Source: Phoronis australis (lineage: Eukaryota; Animalia; Phoronida). Taken from it: a stretch of DNA of 64,000 nt. This document shows, piece by piece, positions 1-13,711 of the stretch (its first letter is position 1; each line of letters opens with the position of its first letter). The notes under the pieces were generated by a model. That model searched no databases. It was not told the origin of the DNA and saw only the letters and a list, made by a program, of their open reading frames with translations. The DNA lies in NCBI GenBank assembly GCA_002633005.1, contig NMRA01000464.1:62001-126000 (forward strand). Reading direction: 5' to 3'. The position numbers and the translations under genes were made by a program.

Positions 1-712
1 CAATGTTCCAATAGTAAGTTCAAACCCTGAGCTTACCACTAACAGTAGCATTCTTTTCTAAATAACTACAGCTTTACAAAAACCAGTGTGCATTCCCAAT
101 TTGACCTGCCAATACCATTTAGTGTAGCCCAGAAGTTTTAGCATATTGAAGTAAAGAGTGGTGAGTTAGTGGAGTGTTTATCTCCCCTGTGTGATTTTGA
201 CTCCCACAGATCAAATCTGGTGGGCCCTTGTGTCAGATCTCTCATCTTTAGCTTGGCACACTAAAATTAGCTCTACATGGGTGGGCCAAAAATGACCCAC
301 TTTGGAATGAGATAAAGTAAGAATGAAGCTGTTTATTAAGCGAAAAACATCTATGAGCTCCAGTCTGACCTCAGAACAACTGTAGACAACAAAAAATGTT
401 GAAGTGCCTTATTTCACAATTCGGTTTTCTGTTACCATCTCAAAATTAAGTCTCATAAAGGTATTACAATGGAGTGCATCAGTTATGCAGTGGTGAAATA
501 TAGATACAGACAAACTCATAAGTCTCCACAGGACTTACTTGAGAATTTTAACCAACATTTTGTCTGATGCTGCCAACTTTTTCAAGCGTGAAAAAGTCAA
601 CAATGTCCTACAAAATGCTTAGAATTCTCGACCTGTGTTTAATAAAGGATCATCGAGTTGGGTGTCTTTGATGAACTTTGCTCAGACTTATTTGTTTTTG
701 TATTTTTGACAG

Positions 713-901
713 GTTCTTGGTAAGTCTGTGAAGCCCATTCCAGTCATGCTGTTGGGTGTACTGTTCGCTGGGAAGCGTTACCATCTTGCCAAATATTTGT
801 GTGTCCTACTCATTGTGATTGGTGTGGCGCTGTTCGTGTATAAAGATAAAAATTCCTCCAAGGTCGGAGAGCACACATTTGGTTGGGGAGAGATATTTCT
901 G
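713..901 (+). CDS. SLC35B1: SLC35B1 (ER ATP/ADP exchanger / UDP-galactose transporter-related) internal exon
   Basis: AG acceptor 711-712, GTAAG donor at 902; encodes [23 protein letters not shown]...GWGEIFL, containing the KxxKPIPVM motif of the SLC35B/UAA family. Confidence 0.93.
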
Positions 902-1039
902 GTAAGACATGACTTTGTACAAATGGCCTCAGTTATCAGTGACAGTTAATCAGTAACTTAGAGTAATCTTGTCAATTTTGGTTTCATTGAGTGACGCCTT
1001 TACTTATAAAATTGTTTCTATAATTTTTTACGTCATATA

Positions 1040-2070
1040 TTTCTATGCACCCACTTGAGCGCATTATGCCGTCTGTCCACCATTGCATCTCCAAAATCCC
1101 TTGATGGATGGATGGGGTTGCATGAGTGAATATTCTCATGGATCTGACCACTGTTGGGCTCCTAGTGGCAATCTTATTTGCCTCTGTCTTTGAAGTTTGA
1201 CGGATTTTCACAATATTGGGCAAATAAGTATCTATTAAGAAGATAGCAATACCTTTCTGTTCTCGGATGTATTTGATGCATATTACACCATATAGTGGCC
1301 ATTTTTATTGCTTCTGAATACACCTCTCTATCTGCCAAACCATATACTTTGTCAGTTGTGTTCCTACTAAGAAGACCGGGGTTAATGTTAACTTTTGGAC
1401 GGTTCTGGCTATTGTGCCGCCCCCTAGTGGCTGTTCCTACTACACACTTTTGCGGGATCTTTGTTAAAACTTGCAAATGTATTTCTGTAATGGTGATGAG
1501 TCAGATGGATCTGAGAATCACTGTGCCCTGTAGTTACAATTGCACTTTTTCCTTTTTCCTCTGCATGTTTGGAGTTCCTTGACAGATTTTTGTAAAATTT
1601 GGCAAATAGGTTTCTATTAATGAGACGATGAAACTTCTATTTACGAATGGATTATATGCCACCTAGTAGCCATGTTTATTACTTTCAAGTTTGGTTTTTG
1701 GTGTCTGCCATTCTGTGGAAAAATTGTAATGTGTGCTGCTACTGAAAAAGAAGAGTAAATGATTTTCAGATGGGTCCGACTACTCTAGCCCCTAATAGTG
1801 GCAATTTTGTGTTTTGCCTGTGGTAACTAAGTTCCTTAATTGATTTTCATGTTATTTGGTATTGAGAAGAGTACCACTGTCAGGGATTTTGGGACAAGTC
1901 TGACTACTGTACAGTCCCCTAGTGGCAATTGTGTTTGTTCTTTGTTTTTGCGTTGGCATCTACAAAGATCCTTGATGGATTGTTCAAACAAGTTACTATT
2001 ACATAGATGACAAAACTTGAACTGTTTCAGGCAGATTGGCCTACGTTGTACCTCCCAGTGGCCTTTTTAT
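1040..2070 (-). mobile_element. Degraded Helentron-like non-autonomous element with internal ~130-bp tandem repeats (relative of 49140-51118)
   Basis: Recurring (c)ctagtggc motif at ~1161, 1291, 1422, 1661, 1795, 1918, 2054; reverse complement of 1043-1078 (ggacagacggcataatgcgc...gtgggtgcata) matches the 3' end of the 49-51 kb element. Confidence 0.65.
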
Positions 2071-2566
2071 TTATTTTTACGTCTGTTCGTTGTCGTGCAC
2101 CTCCCTATCCTTCAAACTGCTTGAAGAATAATGGTGAAAAGTGCCAAGTGTGTCCCTACTGAAGAGAACATTGCTGACTTGCTTTGCACCCTTAGATTTT
2201 AAGTAAATGCTAGTATTGTTCCTTTTTGTAGAAATGTGTTTGATAGTAATGACTTGTAGTCTTTGCACGTATAGTGGACAACTGTTTTCAAATAATGGTC
2301 TAATAAGTGTGTTCAAATTATATCTGTAAAAAGCATGTGTTTAGAAGATTTCAATCATCAGTCAACCTTAAACATTTTTGTGTAAGGTAGATTGAAGATA
2401 TACTGAATGTCCTCTTTTACTCACAGTTACATTGTACAACTGGTAGTCGTTTGTTGGTAACAACTAACACCAGATAGGTAACAACTAACACCAGATATTT
2501 CCTACACGGTGTTGACTTTCGTTGTTCTCGTTCACATTTGAATGAATTTTCCATGTTTGGTTTTAG

Positions 2567-2693
2567 TTAATATCTCTGACACTAGATGGCCTCACTGGAG
2601 CCACCCAAGAGAAGATGAAGAGTGTAGCCAAAACCAAACCTTACCATATGATGTACAGCATGAACCTGTGGTCTATAGCATGGCTGTCAATAG
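2567..2693 (+). CDS. SLC35B1: SLC35B1 internal exon
   Basis: ttttag acceptor, GTAAAG donor; LISLTLDGLTGATQEKMKSVAKTKPYHMMYSMNLWS, in phase with the previous exon. Confidence 0.92.
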
Positions 2694-3632
2694 GTAAAGT
2701 GTTCATCAATGAACAATTTTGAAATTTTTACTGCAACACAAGAATACTATGTTGAGAACGCGCATTCATACACACAGTCATGCGTGTGTCAGCTGGACCT
2801 GGCTGAACCAAGTTGATGTGACTATTATATGCAAAAAGTGGAAAAAAACTTTGACAATGGAAACTTTCTTGTGACATTTTGAACATTTTGAATTGTGACA
2901 ATAGGCGTTGTACTAATTGTCTCATTTGTCTCATGCCTGGTCTTCTTAGATGTGTGACATGGAGTGAAACATGTCTGCTTGTATTGAGGGCCTTCATGGA
3001 CAGTAATACTCTGCACCTGGTTAAAGTGAAAAGCAATAGTTTTTCTGTTGTTGCCTGTGCTGAAAATGTAATGCAAAAGGCCCACATCTTGGTTCTGCGT
3101 TTATGTCCATTCGGCAAACATGATCAACTAACGCAGACTGCAATAGCAAGCCGTACATTAACCTTCACAGACTGCATTCAATAACCAGCCGTACGTTATA
3201 TTTGTTCAATGAGCTCTTTCTGAGCAGTTTACCTCACTTTCTGTGGTTGAATGGATACAGACATGGTAGCAGAAATTGATGCAAAAAAGACTTTCCAACA
3301 TATCCACGAATCTGTATTGTTACTAAAGGTAACATTAAAACTGCTTTCCCCTAAATTAAAGAAATTAATAAAGCGAACCACTGGATGTGGAATTCTTTCT
3401 CAGTATCAACCACTATCAAGCTCTCCATCTTAAAATTTTAAGTACAGTATGTCTACATACTCCCTCAGTGGTGGTAGTCTTAAAGCAGTGGTAACTTTCA
3501 TGATGTGTCTTATACAATCTATCCTGTCATAACTATAGCATGCATTTTTTGTTTCCGTGTACCCATGTCTTTTTTGAGTTGTCTATTGAATTTTTTGACG
3601 GTTCAGTGTGACAGTTTTGTGTTTTGTTTCAG

Positions 3633-3739
3633 GACTCATCTCCACTGGTGAATTGTGGCAGTACATAGCATTCGTACAGCGGTACCCTCACGTTCTTGTC
3701 AACATTTTAATATTCAGTCTGTGTAGCGCTATTGGGCAG
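3633..3739 (+). CDS. SLC35B1: SLC35B1 internal exon
   Basis: tttcag acceptor, GTAAGG donor; phase-1 join gives GLISTGELWQYIAFVQRYPHVLVNILIFSLCSAIGQ. Confidence 0.92.
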
Positions 3740-4479
3740 GTAAGGTGATGGGCCATTCTTTTAAGTCCCAAAATGTACTTAATTTTTAGCAGTTTCCTTA
3801 AAGTTCCTTGTCTAAGTTCGCAGCCAGTTATATTTTGTGATTACTCAGTAAAGCAATTAATGTTAGCAGCTTCACAAAAAGTATTCATTGTTACTGGAAA
3901 ACAACAGTCATTTGAATAAAAAATATGGAACTTTCTACATGGACATTCTTGTAAATAAAAGTACAAACCCCTAATTATTTTGTAATTACTATTCCTCTGA
4001 CCATAATTAAATGTGCTTGCAACAATAGTGGCACGGCCCAGTCAGCCAAGTGAGGAGTTTCCTGTCATACTGTTTCTTCATTCACTTCCATTAAGCAAAC
4101 AATGACCATTTCCCTATTGAAAGCAGTGTGTGTGTGCATGCATGCGTGTGTGTTTGCATCTGTCACTGTGTCATTTGCTCAGTGAAGTTCAATACAGAAA
4201 TAAGATGCATCAAACTGATGATTAGGTCATATCATTATTGTTGCGTGCATAGTAAATTATGGCCAGAGGAAGGGTAATTAAGTTTATCTCAAACCTTGTT
4301 TAGTGGCCTCCATTCTAACTTGTATGTAAAAAACATGTTTTGTCGGCTAACAAAAGTATATTATTTTCTGGAAGAAAAAGGTTCAGGGATTGTGAAAATA
4401 CATTTTATATTTATGTGACATTATTGTTATTACATTAACACCTTTTTAAGTCAAAATTTCATTTTTAAGAAAGGTACAT

Positions 4480-6360
4480 TCTTAGCAAAATAATGCCTCA
4501 GTTGATTTTAATGAAAATTTTTGTAATTGAAAACTTCACCAGTTACCTCAAAAATGCTGTTAGGAATTTGCGATTAGCCTCTTAGTGTGGTTCCTATGAC
4601 AAATCAATCGCAAAACGCAAGGTATTCTTGTAAAAAGTAGTAGCTGTATTCGTCTCTGTTACATTAGGCAAAAACTGGGCCTTTATATTAAAAATCCTAA
4701 CAGGGCTTTTGAGGTTGATGAATAAATATTAACTTTGAAAAGTTTTAACGAAATCCACCTAACCGTTTTTGAGAACTCATGCTCCTAAGTTCAAATTAAG
4801 TTCATTTGCCTAAGCTGAGAAAAAGCCAACTGGGACAAGTGAAAAGCTCAAGGTCTTCGGTTAATTATTGGATGAATACTTGTCCTCGGCCTACACATGC
4901 CTTAACGTTGTATCTATGTCAACATTCACGCACAATGTCAACTCAATTTGCCGTGGGTAATTAACTTAATTATCGCTAAAACATAAATTCTTTTTACCAT
5001 CTCCAGTCATGAGGTGGGATCAACAGTTGACCTACTTACTGCCTGGGTATCAAGTCTACTGTTTTTTTATTGTCAGATCTGTATCCAAATCGGTTGTGTC
5101 CAATATTCAGGTTTGTAAGAATACCATGAGTGAAAGTGATCAATTTAAAATTGAATCCTGTTTCAAGAAGAAAGGGTAAATCGGAAGAAGAATCATTAGG
5201 GAGTTCCCAGGAAAAGGGTGGAGTCATGCGACTAAATAGTCTTATTGCTAAAATATACAACACAGGGTCTGTTGCGCATAAAAGTGGCAGTGGGAGACCC
5301 AAGACAGCATGTTCGAAAGAAAACAAGGATTGTGTTGAGGAACTGATTCAATCCCAGGAGGACAACACGAGGAATCAAAAATCTCTGAGAGAAACCACAA
5401 GGGATTTACAAGTGAGCAAGTCTTCTGTACAAAGAATGGTGAAAAAATGGAGTTAAAACCCTTCAAAAGAATGTGGGAATCACGGAGAGATCAAAATGTT
5501 AGAAGGAAAAGAAAAAACTCGATGTCGCTACTTGCATGACCGCTATTTAGCCACTAATGTGAAACAAATCATTTTCACAGATGAAAAAGACTTTACCCTT
5601 GAAATCGTTAAAAATAACCAAAATTACAGCGTTGGTGTGAAACAAAAATGAGAAATTCAGCCTTCTCAACTCTATCATGAGATTTTCCAAAAAAAAATAA
5701 TGGTTTCCGCTGGAGTATCTTGGGAAGGAAAAACAAATATTCATTTTATTGACACTGATAGAGCTACAGTAAACATGCAGTTATTGGATGAAAATTTCCC
5801 GGATTGCAGCCGACAATTACGTGTTTCAGCAAGATGGGGCTCCTTCACACACGAGCAAGATAACCCAGGCTCATCTGGAGGAGGCCACACAAAAATTCAT
5901 CAGAAAGGATGATGAGTGGCCTCTGCCCAGTCCTGACTACAATTCAATGGACTGTGCCATATGGGACCCTCTGAAGGAGAAAGTTTACCAAGGAATGAGA
6001 GACAAAGTGACTGAGCAGGAGTTAAAAGACAGGACAACTATGTCATGGGAGGAAATCTCAATGGAAGAAACATGGAAAAGCATTTCTGGTTGGAAGAAAC
6101 GGCTCCGTTTAGTCGTAGGGGAAGACGGAGGTCACATTGAGCATGGACTGAAATAAGCGAGCTTCTCTTTGATTTTTCATTTTTTGACCTGATATTTTTA
6201 ATTTGACAGCACTTGCACAATTGGACACTGAGCTCTTTGATATTTTGTAAATTTGTTGACGATATCCTAAGGTTCATCTGAAAGAAATTTGAAAAATCTT
6301 TTTTCCATTGCTGAGAAATTACTTGTCAAAAAGTGGCTCACTTTTTTGGGATACCTGATA
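4480..6360 (+). mobile_element. Decayed Tc1/mariner transposon, DD37D (maT)-like, in the last SLC35B1 intron
   Basis: Frameshifted transposase 5130-6156: GSGRPKT, IIFTDEKDF, MVSAGVSWEGKT, FQQDGAPSHT, WPLPSPDYNSMD; TIR-like cttttttgggatacctg at ~6341-6357; left boundary not resolved. Confidence 0.85.
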
Positions 6361-6838
6361 CAACTCGTTGACTCAATATTATGGTGACTCGGTGAATGAA
6401 AGGACTGAGCCACATACGAAGCTGCTCTGTACTTGGCGGAGATTCCATTTGAGTGACAGCCCTGTAACCTTTGACCTCGGTTAAGTAGTAAACAAATTTC
6501 CTCACAGTTGTGTGATTCCAAGGTGGTTCTGCTAATTCTTTTTTCTTGCTACACAGTAAATATTTCGTATTCGAAGTTCCACAAGAATGAAGATAAGATG
6601 TTTTGTTAGACTTATATGAAATATTGCAAAAATGGCCAATTTTTCTGAATAAGGTTTGAGATATCTTTAAATATGTCTCCCTTGTATTTGTAAATATTTC
6701 ATAAATAAAAGTGATGTATTTTGATTAGAGTATAAGCAGGCCTCCTGTTCACATTACAGATTGAATACAGACAACATATTAAGAGTAACAAGAAAAACGT
6801 TGGCTTTCCGTGAGAAACTTTCTTGTCATGTCTTTCAG

Positions 6839-7039
6839 AACTTCATCTTCATCACAGTCACCTCGTTCGGCCCTCTGACGTGCTCCATCATCACAACCAC
6901 ACGCAAGTTCTTCACAATTCTTGCCTCCGTCATCTTCTTCGGCAATTCAATGTCACAGAGGCAGTGGATTGGCACCCTGCTTGTCTTTATTGGGTTGGGC
7001 TTGGACAGTAAGTTTGGCAAGGCCAAACACAAGCACTGA
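6839..7039 (+). CDS. SLC35B1: SLC35B1 last coding exon
   Basis: tctttcag acceptor; [36 protein letters not shown]...FGKAKHKH*, with the family TTTRKFFT motif and a lysine-rich C-terminus. Confidence 0.93.
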   Translation, partial: NFIFITVTSFGPLTCSIITTTRKFFTILASVIFFGNSMSQRQWIGTLLVFIGLGLDSKFGKAKHKH

Positions 7040-7247
7040 GATCTGGATATGTGTTGTAAAGGAGGGATTTTGTATCAACTCTGTATTAATGGATGTTGTA
7101 GTCAAATGTTTTGCTTTGACTTAAGCATTTTCTTGTTAAGGACAGATACATGGTATGGCGTTGATGGTACCACTTAAGCTTATATTGTGTTAATAAGTCT
7201 AAACTTCATACAGACTGAAAACATCAACAAATCTTAGCACACTTCAC

Positions 7248-7426
7248 TAGAGTTTGCTGTGCTGGCCACCATAATAGATTGAAGTGCGCATTGTATTTCA
7301 CATGGCCCATGCTGTGGAGCAGTGGGGGTACACCTCACTATAGTTTGCTGTGCTGGCCACCATAATAGATTGAACTGTGCATTGTATTTCACATGGCCCA
7401 TACTGCGAGGCAGTGGAGGTACACCG
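7248..7426. repeat. Two-copy ~92-bp tandem duplication in the SLC35B1 3' region
   Basis: agtttgctgtgctggccaccataatagattgaa...cacatggcccat...ggtacacc occurs twice (starts ~7248 and ~7340). Confidence 0.9.
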
Positions 7427-9929
7427 AGCTCCTTTTGGCTCATTCTGAACTTAATGTCAACCTTTCTGGTCTTTTTAAATAGTGGTGAACAAGTGACTAT
7501 ATTCATTGAATTGACAATGGGGAGAAAGCAAAAGGGGTGTTCGTGGGGAAAAGTGTCCCCTTTTGAGTGCCTTGATGTTTGCATTTTAATACAGGTAGGA
7601 TGCTTGTTTCACTGGCATTACCTGGTGAATGTTGAGTTCCCCATTATTACTCGATATATCATAAGTGGGCGACATTTTTTTGTTCCTGACCCTCAGGGTA
7701 TTATTATTCAATCAATTTCAACAAAGACGAAGGCCACTGGATGACCTTTTTGATGTGAACTGATGAATTTCTTCTTTCTGTATAAATCAACTCTCAATTA
7801 GTCTCCATTTGTGCATATTTTCATGTTTTTCAATGTGAAACTAGATTTAAATGTGACGTTTCACCACTTCTGTACTTAGAAGAGGGGCAGTTTACTTATT
7901 ATTTTAAGTATTATGACAGCTATAGACACTAAACAATCCTTTCTTTAAGGGCACAATGTTTCAAAGTCCCAGGCTTGATCCCAAGAATAATCTTTTTTTG
8001 TGTAAGAAGTTGAAAATTTGTACCATAAATTATTATTGCTGAGCAGACACAGGGTCATCAGTGATGTCTGAAACTGAATGTAGATCAAAGGTTTCAGCTG
8101 GGAGATAAACCTTGACAGTGTTTTGTTTGTTGTTTCACTTGTAACTGTTAACACTAATCTGTAACCATCCAAAGTTGTCTGTGGAATGTTTATGAGGCTT
8201 TTTTAGAGATACAAGGTAACTGAAAAGTGGAAAACTGGACCGACCCTATTGTAAGTTGGAGGTAAAGTTGGATAACATTCCAGGAGGCTGTGGATGACGG
8301 GAGGTTGTGGGACCATGGATTGTGTTTTGTCTAATAGAGACACACCAAGTGTGTGTCAGTTTTGTATAGTTACTGGTGGTAGGTGATAGGGTGCGTATCT
8401 GAACCTTGTGATAGGTTCTCAGCTTAACAGTGCAGAAGATGGAACTTGTTCTGGCAGTATAGACTGTGCTTGAGGGTGCTATTAAAATAAACCACTAAAG
8501 TCCACTGACTAAGTTAGACTGTATGGAATATTAATTTTTTCACTAAATTATTTGTTGTCACCCACTGAAATTTTGATGGCAATCTAATAAGTTAACCACA
8601 TTGATTGAATACAGTTCTTTTTTGCACTGAACTTCATCGTTTTCCGCTTCTCATCAACAGCCATTCTCAAACTTTTGTTGGGTTAGATTCATCTGCACAA
8701 ACAAAGAACTTTATTTAGTCAGACATCAACCATTACGATGGCATTTTTAAGCAACCTAATTATATTTTTTGGTATTGACAAAATGACAACTTCAAATAGG
8801 ATTTATTTTAGTATCCCAAGTAAATACATCGAAAATTAGGAGTCTTTGTTTACTAAAGTTCCTGAATCATGAATGCTGAGAATTTATGCTTGGCCTTCAT
8901 GCATTTGTTTAAAGTCCTTCCAATCTGCATGATATATCGCTCGTCAAACCTGATGGGTACGAAGCGTGGCTGACCAAAGCTGTCATTTTAAGCACAGGGC
9001 AACTAACGAAACGCCCACGTCTCACATCTAGCAATAAACACTAATAAAAATTAATGAATGACGTAATTTCACTAATGGCTGGTATCCATACGACATCTAT
9101 CGGCAGTTAACTAAACTAATAGATCGATTACAGGAATAATGACGGGAAGAGTCGGTGGTACTGCCCTATTTGCCTTTCTGAGGCTTTTGTTCAAAACTGG
9201 CGTTTAATTAAGGGGCGTTCTCACTTTTTCAAAAACTTGCCTGCATCTTGCAAAATTTTTTTAACAACCTATGTGGTCACAATGGCGCTGGAAACTTTGC
9301 GATCTGTACTACCTGACAATCGTTTACACAGGCTAGCAGTGATGGAATACATGAGTTTAATTAATTGCCTGAAAGTACTTAAGATACAAAATTGCTGCGA
9401 GGGGTTAATGAGACTCAGCCGCGGATGCATAAAAACAATGTTGTCAGTACTTGTAGATGACACAGCTGGTTGGACCCGTTCCATGATCGCCACCAAAATA
9501 TCGTTTCATTTGTTGCAACAGCATGGTTCAAGAATTCGATTATTTTTTGTTGTGTGATTAGCAGTAGCGACAGTAGAAGCAGCAGCATTTCAATAAAAGA
9601 CCATAACAAACCACACATAACAACAGAAGATCTTTTGGACGCCTAAAAGGAAGTGGTGTTGCTTTAAGGAAAGATGAGATCACAGAAATATTTTCGTAAT
9701 GGCACTTTTGGCGGAGTCGGATCTTGATTTCACACCCATGCCCAAATTTAAGTCGTGTTCACACGCGCCAGGTGTAAATTTACATTTACACGACCTCTGG
9801 AGGTGGTGTAATTATTCAACCGAGTATAGCTTTACACCCGGGTGTATTTGCGTTCAGTGAGATAAATACAGCTCTATGTATATAGCTCATTGTTTCGGCT
9901 TATATGGCAAAAATACAAATCGTATAAAT

Positions 9930-10065
9930 GGGGCTTTAGACTGCGAATACGGAGGTTCCAGGTTCGATTTCGTGCTGAAACCGATTTAAGACAATAACTT
10001 TTCTTACCAATAATGTCACGTCCGACTCCTTCAGTTGAGCCAGCCATCCGTTACGCCATAAAACG
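9930..10065 (+). mobile_element. tRNA-derived SINE fragment (putative)
   Basis: tagactgcgaat anticodon-arm-like segment followed by B-box-like ggttcgatttc at ~9961; no complete cloverleaf. Confidence 0.4.
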
Positions 10066-11663
10066 TAATCATATCACGATAATGGTGACATCGCGGTACG
10101 TTTATAGTCGTGGTTGTTAACCGACTAAACCAGAAACCTGTTTCCGTGACACCAATAGGACGTAGGTAAGTTCTTCATACATTCGTAATTACAATTTCCG
10201 TAGATTTTACAAAAATACTTTTCGAGCTCCTAAAAAGCAGTTACTCGCATTACTTAGCTTTTTGAGTGGTCAGCAAATGTTCAACGATGATTGGTCTAAG
10301 CAAAACAAAAGTTACATTAGAGTCGAGTCGATCCGCTCTTATTACTTAATGAAGGTATTTTTCATATTTACTCAAATCTTTATAATGTCTTATAATGAAA
10401 GTTGCCTCGACCAATGATCATCGTGTCAGCAGTGGTATCCTTCCATGGATACGTCAAGTGCAGTCTGTAGTAATACTCAATGTGCTAGTGTCACAAAGTA
10501 GCGCGGTGTTTCTGTTCCGTTGTTTTTTTTCTATGGACCACCCGCCTTCGTCCACAGGGGGGGGACATGGACGCACTGAACTTTTGGAAACAGCAAAGGC
10601 GGCAGAAAAGTGTTATTTTGGGACCGTTAGAAATGGAAATACTGACCACAGAGACTGAGCAAAGGGTGGCGACATATTTTTTGAAATACCGAAAAACGTA
10701 TATCGATCGGATACATCATTTATGAAAATTTGAAAATTGTTTGCATCATCTTTGTAGCTTTTTGTGTTTGTTGACATAATTGTTTGTATAGCCGGCTATC
10801 TATGTCTTGGGCAATATTTAACAGAATAAAATATTCTAACAAAACAATGTTTCGGCACAACTTTGAAGAGCGAAAACAGTTTTTTGTTGGCTATTTTTTT
10901 AGTGAGACAAGTAAAGCAGTCGGCATTGTACACAATGTTTGCCATTGCAAAGCCATTCTATTCCGTTTTGTATTTTGAATCCGAAATTAATGGCACTGCA
11001 TGAGGTTTAGCAACTTCAGAAAATATTGGCCAGGCAACGTTTTTATCTGGAACTCACGCACTGCTCCAAGTACAACTGACATTTGCACGCTGAATTTCCA
11101 AATATACCTGCCTGTTGGTAATTTACGTGGATGGAATACAACCGATGTTTAGAGACACTGTGTAAATTACTTGGTACTGAAAGGAAGTCCCAAAGTCAAT
11201 ACGTGTAACTGTACAACCTTCAGTTAAACTACATGGTAGCACTTGGGGAATTCTGGGAAGGAATAAAATTAGCCGGACTTGATGACTTCTTAAAATAGCA
11301 ATTCCATGTTTGTCTTTGTTGCCCAGGCTTCAATCGTCACTTACGTATGTGTAGCACAAGTATTCAAGTATGGAAGCAGTCATTACATTTTATATTAATT
11401 TCATTAATTTAACGTTGTAGAATTAAAATCAAGCTGTGCATTGTGTTCTGACGCGGAACTGGATAATAGGCAATTGTCAATAATTCCTAATTTTATCGAG
11501 AACTTAAATTATTAATACACATAAATGCATTCAGCTTTGGCTCGACAACGATTTATTAAGGTTTTTATCGACACCCGGGCTATCAGTGGTCTTAGACTTC
11601 TTTGTATTCTCAATTAATAGCAGTGTTCGACGACAGCAGAGGGAGCGGTGAACGCAATACAAA

Positions 11664-12279
11664 ATGCCAATCGCAGCGTCACAGAAGTCATTTATTAGCA
11701 AGAGTGACGGACGACTTGCAGAGGAAACCAGTGTGGGCAAAGGCGAAAGGAAACTTAGTGGCGGTATTTTAAAACTTTCTGGCGATGTAAGTAGACGCTT
11801 CAACCGCAACAGACTCAAATCAGTATCCTTTGACGATCTCCCAATACGTCTTGACGCTAGGGACACTCCTCCACCTAGCAATTCGCCACCCATGCAAGCT
11901 AGAAACGACTCCTCGAGCTCCCTAACCGCGGTCAATGCTAGGCGTGTGCAAGACCTCCTGCAAAGTTACGAGCAAGGTGAAAATTATGCCGAGCTTAGTA
12001 GCGATGAAATCGCCGACTGTATTTTGGCGGCAATACACAAGAACGATATCAGAGAGGTGAATCGGATATATGAAACAGAAAACGTGGACATAAATTTGTC
12101 AAATTCCTGCGGAGAGACGGGGTTGTTCTTAGCCGTCTGCTATGGCCGACTTGAAATAGCCAGAGATATGCTTGGGCGAGATGCTGACGTGAATATCCCC
12201 GATGACCAAGGCAATACTCCACTGCACGAAGCTGCAGAATTAGCCGACGCTGACATGGCATTGTTGCTGTTAGAGGAAG
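11664..12279 (+). CDS. Ankyrin-repeat protein exon 1 (GILK and RVxF motifs, first ankyrin repeats)
   Basis: ATG 11664; GETGLFLAVCYGRLEIARDML and GNTPLHEAAELADADMALLLL ankyrin repeats; GTTGGT donor at 12280, phase 1. Confidence 0.85.
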
Positions 12280-13606
12280 GTTGGTCAAGGGTCATCTGTT
12301 TACTGTATAACTGTTATTTAGCTGTACCATTCAAATCTACCAATTTATGATCTCGTGTCTGTTTTGTAAAGATGTGCCTATTAGATTTACCTGACCCCGT
12401 CGATATGATTGATATCAAGGAGCAAATTTAAAACCATGATTTGATTGAGGGCTGCATTGTCCGTTACAATAGATGTTAACAAAAATTCAATTGAAGATTG
12501 ATAAAAAGCGGATAGGAACCCGCTTCCCATCACACAGATTATCTACGTGTAAGTGGTTGCCAATTCTCGATTATCACTAGTTACTTCTAAGCTGAAATTT
12601 CACATTGAAAGTAATAGAATTTTGTTTCCCTTTTCAAACAATTTGTAACGCTCATTTACATCACGTTCATATTTCGTACATAACAAGACGGGTTTTGAGT
12701 ACTTTGTTGATTATGTTTTTTTAAAGCAAGTAATAAGTTTTACACATTATACATATATAATGTGTAAAACGCCTGATTATTCTTGTAACTGGTTGAAGTT
12801 TAGCCCTATAATACATTTAGTTCAGGGTACATACAGCTTTCTTAATTTATCAAAGAGTTTACTAAATTAATATTTCTACCGTTGTCAATTTAACGATGGC
12901 GATAGTCTCTTGTCGGATTGCCCGTGACGAACTAGGGTTAAACAACCGTCCTCTAACTAGACCTTCCCTTTATGAGCATAATGAGGCTATCTTTCCTTGT
13001 GAAATGTAATGTCGTAACGTAGGAAGCTGTAAACTCATATCATTCTTATTGAGAACGTTGTCAGACCAAAGATGGAAAACAACCATGCCACTTATTCTTG
13101 GAATTAACTCGAAAATAATTTTATCTTGTTTGCTTTCCAGATAAAAATTATTTCAAAGCGGTTCTGTCGTGTTCTAGATTTTTCGTTTAACATAGGTCTG
13201 GATAGGAGACACGTCAATATTTTTACTGCGTCGTTAATTTCGGGACATTGTTCGCATCGGGTCATTACCGTTGTCAAATGATTAAAACGCCATCTCATTA
13301 TAACAGTCACGCTCATGAAAGGGAGATTGAAAACGTTAAAAAGTAATGTCCTTCAATAAAATTTTAATCGTGTGTTACTATGGCTACCTGTTGATATGTG
13401 GCCGTTGTTGGGGTACAATCACGCAATCAGACAGACATGCAAATGCCGAAATATCCAGAAAATGGCTGCAAAAAGTGAAGAAATGTTTGTACGCGCCTGT
13501 TCATTTTCTCATGATAGATAAATTGAAATCAAGAATTTGAAAGACGTTTTAAATGTATATGAAGACTAATAATAGAAACTGAGGCTTCGAATCCTTTTTG
13601 TTGTAG

Positions 13607-13711
13607 GTGGCAATACGAATCTGAATGCCAAAAATTGCCGTGGTGAAACTGCTCTTCATATTGCCGCCCAACATGATTACGTTGAAATTGCCAAGAAATT
13701 ACTGCGCGCTG
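13607..13711 (+). CDS. Ankyrin-repeat protein exon 2
   Basis: ttgtag acceptor, GTGAGT donor; GGNTNLNAKNCRGETALHIAAQHDYVEIAKKLLRA, one ankyrin repeat, phase 1-1. Confidence 0.9.

Noticed and set aside
9237-9557. Harbinger transposase C-terminal remnant (VGPVP*)
   Set aside because: Resemblance limited to a few residues across stops and frameshifts; not supportable without a search
9930-9985. tRNA gene
   Set aside because: Only a B-box-like and anticodon-arm-like remnant; acceptor stem and D-arm cannot be folded, so more likely a SINE head
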